Origin: Octopus vulgaris
Taxonomy: Eukaryota
Direction: 5' to 3'
Assembly (NCBI GenBank): GCA_951406725.2
Contig: OX597822.1
Span: 112,840,001 to 112,904,000 of the forward strand
DNA: 64,000 bases
The notes below the pieces were generated by a model, which worked only from the letters and a program-made list of their open reading frames with translations, had not been told where the DNA came from and ran no database searches. Made by a program: the position numbers and the translations under genes. Within the stretch, counting starts at the first letter, position 1. Each line of letters starts with the position of its first letter. Shown here piece after piece: positions 27,401-36,901 of the stretch.

Positions 27401-30400
27401 AGTAGAAACATTTGTCCAGCATCGGCCAAATTCTGTTGACATCCTTTAATTTTTTGTTTCGTGTTATTGAAGAGATAGAAAGGTACATCTAATCTACTTA
27501 GTCGATTGCACCAAATATAAACTTGTCCAATTGTCTTTCAATTAATTTATTTCCCACTGACAATGAGCATATACTCTTTTTACTCTTTTGCTTGTTTCAG
27601 TCATGTGACTGTGGCCATGCTGGAGCACCGCCTTTAGTCGAGCAAATCGACCCCGGGACTTATTCTTTGTAAGCCTAGTACTTATTCCATCGGTCTCTTT
27701 TGCCGAACCGTTAAGTTACGGGGACGTAAACACACCAGCTTCGGTAGTCAAGCGATGTTGGGGGTGGGGGTGCAAACACATACACACACACATATATACA
27801 TATACATATATACGACGGGCTTCTTTCAGTTTCCGCCTACCAAATCCACTCACAAGGCTTTGGTCGGCCCGAGGCTAATGTAGAAGACACTTGCCCAAGG
27901 TACCACGCAGTGGGACTGAACCCAGAACCATATGGTTCGTAAGCAAGCTACTTACCACACAGCCACTCCTGCGCCTATATACTAAATTATTTCCTTATAA
28001 CTTTCAGATAAATGGATATTTTTCCATGAAATTTTCTACGAATACGTTTTAAAAGGTGTAGATTACGATTGTATAAGTATTTGTTGCGAAAAGCTTTTCG
28101 GAGAGGTGGTTGCCAGGTGTTGTGAATAATCCACACATCTCAATTTGTTTCTTCATAATTCCAAGCAAAATGGGTAGTTTTAAGTTAAGTTTTCTACAAA
28201 TACCTTACTGGCGGAAGAGATTACGAGTATATCGGAATTTATTGTGAAAAAAAAAAATGTTTTCAGAGAGCGAAGGAGCGTTTTAATGGTGTATACTATA
28301 AATATGATATTCCACCTTTTTGCCTTCTGAAATTTGTTAAAGGAATATCTTTTAATAATTTGAAAATAAATTATCAGAGGTGAATTTGTTGGCATGTTTC
28401 TTTGCTAAGCTATAGTCCCAAGAATATACCAACATGATCCCTGCTGTTTTGGTATACTAAGCGACCACTTAGTGGATGGGCTACCATTGAGTTTCTTTAA
28501 AAGAGAAAAAATAACGTGACCAAGTTAAGTTAAAATCATATCTGATTTCTTCATAAATTTCAACGCTGTCTTTTAGTGCTTGGCATTATTTTAAGTTTAT
28601 TTTCTGAGTGAGTGAGTGAGTGAGTAGTATTGTAAGATGAATAAACGATACAAAAAAGAAATAGACGTAACATTAGACAAATTACACAAACTAGTAATCA
28701 AATGTGTAAATATTACCTAACGACTAGCATTTCTAAAGTTAATTATTAGTTTATTTACACCTAGGAAAACAACTATAACCTAAAGGAGAGGGTATTAAAA
28801 TGAAATATTTTGCACAAAATTTCAAAAAGTATGTTTTATTCTTTGTTTAAAGACTGGTTGCGCCCTCAGATAGCAAGACTTGTTCAGAAGCCTCATTCTG
28901 TGGTTTCACCAGTCATTGATATTATCAACAGTAATACACTCGAGTACTCAAGCTTTCTCGGAGATCAAGTCAATTTCGGCATATTTGACTGGTCTTTAAA
29001 TTTTAGATGGATGGTAGTACCAGACAGAATTAAGAAGACCAGAACATCAAATTTAGACCCGATTATGTGAGTATACCATCTCTTTGCACGTTCTATATAT
29101 TCAATATATGTAGTCAATATGCGTTTCACTTGTTATGTTAAAATATTTTAACTTTGTTTAAAACTCTTATTTAAAAGTAGCATGCAATCTCTCTTGCTTC
29201 GTCTACATCGACTTCAACTGCGCTTGAACTCAGTCGTGGTTAAAGATTGGGTGACAATTACCTCAGTGCACTGCTGGGTTAATTACCGATGGCCTTTCAA
29301 TGTGTGTGGTACACAGGAATAATTAAAACAACGATAAACGCTTGAAGTGACAAGACCGACAACTAAAGTAACACAAATGATATCTAACACAGACAGAATG
29401 TCTAACATTTCTGCAACATGATAGTTTATTTAATAATTGCAGCGTGGAAGGTGATTATAAGCCATTTAAAAAGCACACAAAAACCGTTGGATTCACTTCA
29501 ACATTTGAATTTAATTTGCCAAAATATTTTCGTCGCTTTGAGACCGAAACCTGTTCACTGACGAAATTCCGTGCTGCAGTGAACAGGTCGGGTCTGAAAG
29601 CGAGGAAAATATTTTGACAAATTAAATTCAAATGTTGAAGTGAATCTAACGGTTTTTTTGTGTTTCTTAAATGGCTTATAAACACCTTCCACGCTGCAAT
29701 TGTTTTCGTTCCAGCACACGATCTCAGATCAGGTCACTTGCTATGCAAGTACATCTCCGTAATTTTATTTAATGTATTTACAAAAGATGACACAATAAAT
29801 CTGACAATCGACCACTGTACTTCCCAGCAGGAAAGTTTGGCTGGGAACTACCGAGTGTCAAGAAGAAATATAAAAAAACCAGTCATTAATGTTGTCCACT
29901 ACTTATTCAACCCACAAATCTTTTTACGTGTCCTTGTCGACTGACTAATAAACGAAAGCAAATATTTTTTAACGACAACAGCAACATTTTTACAAAAATT
30001 AGTTTAAGCTTAGAATAGTTAGTGTCTCAATTTAAAGCAGTAGTGAACCATGCATAAGAATGGTATAGAAGTGAAGAATTATGAAGCTATACTGTTACAA
30101 GGAAAGTATTTCCATGAATTAGATATAAATTATCAAAAGAAATTATCTGTCTTGGGTGAACAAATCCAGTCACCACACATTATAATTTGTTCAGGGTGAC
30201 GAAATAGTCATCTCCATTGATATATAAAGTTTTCAACAATTCCGTGGAAGTTTCAATATTTTTTTTTAAATGCCAATATTTGTAATATTTACTGTTTTTT
30301 TTTTGATAGTAGAAAACATAAAAAAATATATCACATATTTTTGTACATAGGTGGTTCTTATATTTGCAGGACTCCGACACTTGCAGGCGGTCTTTTGTCA

Positions 30401-33400
30401 ATGAGAAAAGATTTCTTTGAAACATTGGGCGCTTTCGACCCAGGTTTTGAAACGTGGGGTTCTGAAAATCTGGAGTTATCTTTTAAGGTAAGATGCCCTC
30501 TCTTTGATATCAAAATGACAACTATTAAGATTATTATACATAAAATAATACAATGATTACATTAGTGTGGTAGTACAATATTTATTCCTTTATTGCCCAC
30601 AGAGGGCTAAACATAGTGGGGACAAACAAGGACTCTCCAGCTGGTGTCGATGCCACACAAACTGCACTAGTGCTGATGTCATATAAAATGCACCTTTTTT
30701 TAAAGCCTAGCCAGGCTCATGGGCCCAGTTTCCCGATTTCTATGGCGTATGTGTTCCCCCCAGCTGGAATGGACGCCAGTCCATCGCAGCGTTACTCATT
30801 TTTGCCAGCTGAGTGGACTGGAGCAACGTGAAATGAAGTGTTTTGCTCAAGAACACAACGCATCGCCTGGTCCAGGAATCGAAAACACAATCTTACAATC
30901 ATGATGCTGACACCCTAACCACTAAGCTACGCGCCTCCGCATAAAATGCACCCAGTGCTCTCTAAAAGACGGTTGGCGTTAGGAAGGGTATTTGGACGTA
31001 GAAACAATGTCAACTCAGACAACGGAGCCTGGTGCAGCTTTCTGGCTTGCCAGCTACGGTCAAACCATCCAACCCATGCCAGCATGGAAGACAGATGTTA
31101 GATGATGATGATGATGATGATGAGCATGGTGATGGTGGTTGTGATGATTTAGGTTATGATGATAAATCGTGTTCAGAATACAGCTACTCAAAACAAAGTG
31201 GTCCGCTAAATGCCTTTCCCCATCGAAGTTAACTGCCAGTTACATACTAAAAATTCTGGTAAGACATCCGAAAATGCTAAACAACAGTGTTTATTATTTA
31301 TTTATGCGCCCTTTTCAAGCCTAGCCAGGCTCATGGGCCCGATTTCCCGGTTTCTATGGGGTATGTGTTCCCCGCTAGCTGGACGGGACGCCAGTCCATC
31401 GCAGCGTTACTCAAGAAACAGGAAGAAAGAATACAACAGGGGTCGCCACCCACCCCCTGTCGGAGCTTTGTGGAGCTTTAGGTGTTTTCGCTCAATAAAC
31501 ACACACAACGCTCGGTCCGGGAATCGAAACCGCGATCCTCCGATCGCGAGTCTGCTGCCCTAAACACTGGGCCTCTGCGCCTCCACATACAACGGTGTAC
31601 AAAAGCTAAATCTTACCTTAGACCGATGGACGTATATACATTACTTTTTTATGTTTTACTTCGCTTAAGTACAAACTCGTTTCAGAATTGTGCGCTAACT
31701 CTTAAAGCTTTTAGGATACACTGGTGTATAAGCTGGGAAATAAGCTACAACTACGGTTGACTTCATTTACAACATTTGGTTACAACGTTCATCCGTTCTT
31801 ATATGGGTGCTATTTTTTCCAGACATGGATGTGTGGAGGTCGTATCGATATTATACCGTGCTCTCATGTTGGGCATATATTTCGGACACGTTCCCCTTAT
31901 AAGTGGCCAAAAGGTTTTGCTGTAACAATGAAAAACGCTATAAGATTAGCGGAAGTCTGGATGGACAATTACAAAAATATATATTACAATCGAATTAACT
32001 GGAGATTGGTGAGTAAAACTAATTTCTAAAAGATAACCTGAATCTAATAATCTTTGATTTTTATACTTGTAGCAAGAACCAACGAATATCACCAAGCTAA
32101 TTAATCATGCAATTTGGTTACGATTGTTGCTTGATAATAGTTCCACTTCGTTCTATTATCAGAGCCGTCGTTAAAGACGTGACGTTTGAAACTACCTCAT
32201 TTCTGTCTATACACCTGAGGCCACCAATCTAATAAAAAAATAATCACTATAATTAACATTTTATTAAAAAGTACTCAACATTGTTCCTCGTTTATCTGGT
32301 TCAATCATCACCGAACATATTCAGATATACTGTTATTTGTTGTAATATTTTAAAAAAGATTTCTTAAAACATAATTCGTTTTGGGATTCTTTATATGAGT
32401 TCGTGTGTTGAAGCATATTCTGTTGTGTCTGGGGAGAGTCATATTCTTTTTGTGCCTTAACACACTCACCGGTAAAATTTCCACTTTTTTCTTATTTTTA
32501 TTTTCCTAAAATTTTCGTTGCGTCTTGCAACCTTTTCGGTAGTTTTGACTCTTTCTTTCGATAAATTAAGTACCAGTCAAAACTATTGAAAAGGTTGCAA
32601 GACGCAACGAAAAGTTTAGGAAAATAAAAATAAGAAAAAAGTGGAAATTTTACCGGTGAGTGTGTTACATAATAAGGCACAAAAAGAAAATGACTCTCCT
32701 CGGACACAACAGAATTAAAATATAATGTTTAATCGTTTTCTTATAGTTTGAAATAGTAAATAATTTTAAAATATATTTAAAAGCAATCTATTTACGAAGT
32801 CGATATGCTTTCTAAGTCTCCAGGAAAATGGTATATTTTACTAGAAATTATTGATTTGATCTTTTCTAGGTAAATTATGGTGATGTTAGTCAGAGAAAGA
32901 AACTCCGTGAAAACTTAAAATGCAAAAGTTTTCAATGGTACTTGGAGAATGTAATCCCTGAAATGTTATGGATTAAAGAAACCATTAATGACGGATTGGT
33001 AAGGTTTGAATTATTTCCTCTCATAAGTGGACATAATAAGTATTTATATAATTTGTTCCACATTTCACCATATTTTTTCCCCTAAAAAATTTATAGTTTG
33101 ACTTACGCGTTTCTGTGCTAAATTCGCACCAGAGTTAATTCTATTTATTTATTTATTTTGTTTATATTTTGAGTGAAATGACGGGACCTAAGATCATCAA
33201 TATTAATCTTTTCTACTCTAGGCACAAGGCCCGAAATTTTGAGGGAGGGGACCAGTTGATTAGATCGACCACAGTATGCAACTGGTACTTGATTTATCGA
33301 CCACCGAAAGATTGAAAAGCAAAGTCGATCTCGGTAGAATTTGAACTCAGAGCATAAAGACAGACCAAACAAAAATGCAAATAGATAAATCCTTCCTATT

Positions 33401-36400
33401 ATAGGCACAAGGCCTGGAATTTGGGGGAGGAGGAGAGTCGATTACATCAACCCCCAGTACTCAACTGGTACTTAATTTATCGACCCCCGAAAGGATGAAA
33501 GGCAAAGTCGACCTCGGCAGAATTTGAACTCAGAGCATAAAGACAGACAAAAAAAAATGCAAATAGATAAATCCTTCCTATTATAGGCACAAGGCCTGGA
33601 ATTTGGGAGGAGGAGGAGAGTCGATTACATCCACCCTCAGTACTCAACTGGTACTTAATTTATCGATCCCGAAAGGATGAAAGGCAAAGTCGACCTCGGC
33701 AGAATTTGAACTCAGAACAGAGCAACGGGCGAAATACTGCAAAGCATTTCGTCCAGCGTGCTAACCACTCTGCCAGCTCACCACCTTGAGCACCAATATT
33801 AATACGAATTTCATTTGATTAGGAAAGACGACAATATTTGAAGGCGCAGGAGTGGCTGTGTGGTAAGTAGCTTGCTAACCAACCACATGGTTCCGGGTTC
33901 AGTCCCACTGCGTGGCACCTTGGGCAAGTGTCTTCTGCTATAGCCCCGGGCCGACCAATGCCTTGTGAGTGGATTTGGTAGACGGAAACTGAAAGAAGCC
34001 CGTCGTATATATGTATATATATATATATGTATGTATGTGTGTGTTTGTGTATCTGTGTTTCTCCCCCTAGCATTGCTTGACAACCGATGCTGGTGTGTTT
34101 ACGTCCCCGTCACTTAGCGGTTCGGCAAAAGAGACCGATAGAATAAGTACTGGGCTTACAAAGAATAAGTCCCGGGTTCGAGTTGCTCGATTAAAGGCGG
34201 TGCTCCAGCATGGCCGCAGTCAAATGACTGAAACAAGTAAAAGAGAATAAAAGAGAAAGATATAATGAGCTGAATCTATTTAATTGCCTTATGATGTTTA
34301 TTTTATTGAAGCTGAAAAGATCTAAACACAAGCGGAGATTGAAAGCGAAAATTAAAAGAAAGAAAATTCATACTTTTAGATAAGGTTTCTCTTTTCGTTG
34401 GCATCTTAGCAGGAACAGCTCGAGGTGAATGTCATACTTGGCTCTTCTTATATAAATAGTTATTTATTTGATTAGTCGGGATATGAAATTCGCGAAAATA
34501 TATTCAAATTTGAAACTCAGTGAGTTATGTTAGATAAAATAATTAGGAAAGTTCGTCATTGTTTACAGTGACCCACTAAAAACGACTGTAAATTGTTTGT
34601 GGGAAATGTAACTTAGTAAACATATTTTATTTCATTATAAGCGTCATAATAACCATCTATTATCAGAAATGTTGATGGGTGTTAATATTGTTGTTCAAGG
34701 AACAGAATTAGCTATACTAAAATTGATTATAGTTGCAAAATCATGTTTTATATTTATCATTAATTATTCACAGCAGAGTTTGATAAACTGTAAGCTAATT
34801 AAAAAAATTAAAAAAGGAAAACTTTGAGTTTCTATAATCTTAGAACCAATTCCAGGTTTAGGGAATATTTGAGTAAAACTAGAATATCATACATTGAATC
34901 ATTTAATTGTAAACTAACTAACAATACGCTGTGATACTCCAGTCTCCATTGTTTCTTTAAATTTCTACTTTTTCTCATTGGAAATCACGGATCTTCGTTG
35001 TTTTTCAAAGGGAAATTTGGTCCATTGGAAAATAAACACATTTTCTCGATGAATTGTGAAGAAAATCTAATAATATTTTCAATTTTTATTGTTAAGGTAA
35101 TGAATATGAATTCTAGAAAATGCTTAGAAGCGGCTTTAGGAATGCGTGTACAGGTTACCAAATGTGATAAAGCGAGTGGAAATCAGGTAGAATCAAATTC
35201 TTATACTATGATCTTGTTTAAACATAATTGTGAATGTTTCCTCCGAACCTCCCATTTGTAGTTCAATATCCATATAGAATCTTTTGTTTAGACGCAAGGA
35301 AACGTGTCTATTCGGATCAACCGGAACCCTCGTTCAAGTATATTATCGTTATTTCATGAACAACCTGTGAGGTATGCAAAACCAGCATCAGCGAAATTTT
35401 AACTCCAGACACTGAAGAGCGACAGTAAGCGATCGATAAAATTATACTTTCCAAATTTTACTTTTAATATTAATCGCGTCTCAAGTCATTTATATTGTTT
35501 TTGTTGTTGAAATATTTCTAACAGAAACAGTTCTATCATGATATTACTGTTCGCACAAGTCCCTGACAGTGCTCAGTCGATTAAGTTTCTATTGTCTCCG
35601 TTTATATATATGCTTCGGTTAGAAAAGCAGAAATCAGAGAGGAATTTCAAACCAACTTACAACCAATGATCTTAGTTTTCCAACTTAATTAAAAAAGATA
35701 ATATGTTTGATTGGTCAGCTCGTACTTATGTCAGTCAAATAGTTAATGTAATAAAACTGTATAAACCACATGTTACAAATCAAGGTTCAAGTTACATACA
35801 AAATTAAGAAGCGATTATGCATGTAATCATTTGACTCGCTGTGTTTACTACATATTTACTTACTGCATTTATAGTTACTCAGTTTAACGTTATGAAGTAA
35901 TAATTAACAATATCTGGTGAATATGGAGGGTGGGGTAACACATCCCGGCCGAGCTGCAGCAATTTTTGTCCCAAAGCATCAAGTGCCGAAAATGACCTTT
36001 TTTATTTTCCATTTTAAAGGGTTACAAAATTAACACAGGTTATAGGAACATAAACTTTCTTCCATGAAAAGACAGCTTAAACCGTGCTCTAAATGGAGGT
36101 GTAGTCAAATCCTATTTTATAGACGCAACCATGTTCTAAAATAAGTCGATAGGTAAGCTACTATAAGTCGGCACCAACTTTCCGGACAACCCAATAGAAT
36201 TAATTTTTTTCGTACTAGACACAAAGTCCACGGGCAAGATATAAATTAACAGGTTAAATATTTTATGACTCTGAAATAAATGAAAATAAAATCAAGGTAG
36301 TCTTCACTTAACCAAGTCTATTTGGCATCCAGGTTTTTCGCTTTCTCCCTAAGACCTAAAACTTTAGTTGAGTTAATTGGAAAAGAAACTAATATATTAT

Positions 36401-36867
36401 TTAATATTTGCTGTAAATATTCACAATTGTATTGCTATATTAAGGTATTTAAATTAATAAAGATTTATTCTTTATATTTCTATTCTCAGCATATTTATTA
36501 TACCAAAAAGAACGAACTGAGAATAAATGACATCTGTTTAGACTTTGGGAATGATCTAAGCGCTGCACCATGCCATGGTATGAAAGGTGACCAATTTTGG
36601 ACTTTATTTCCGGTGAGTAAAAACATGTTACAAACACTTTCACAAAATCGTGTATTCATATATCGTAAATAAGGTATATGCAATCACCCCCAACATAACT
36701 CAATTTCTCATAGGCGCAGGAGTGGCTGTGTGGTAAGAGGCTTGCTTCTCAACCACCTGGTTCAGTCCTAATGCGTGGCACCTTGGGAAAATGTCTTTTA
36801 TTATAGCCTCAGGCGGACTAAAGCCTTGGGAATGGATTTGGTAGACGGAAACTGAAAGAAGCCCGTC

Positions 36868-36901
<34 letters not shown>

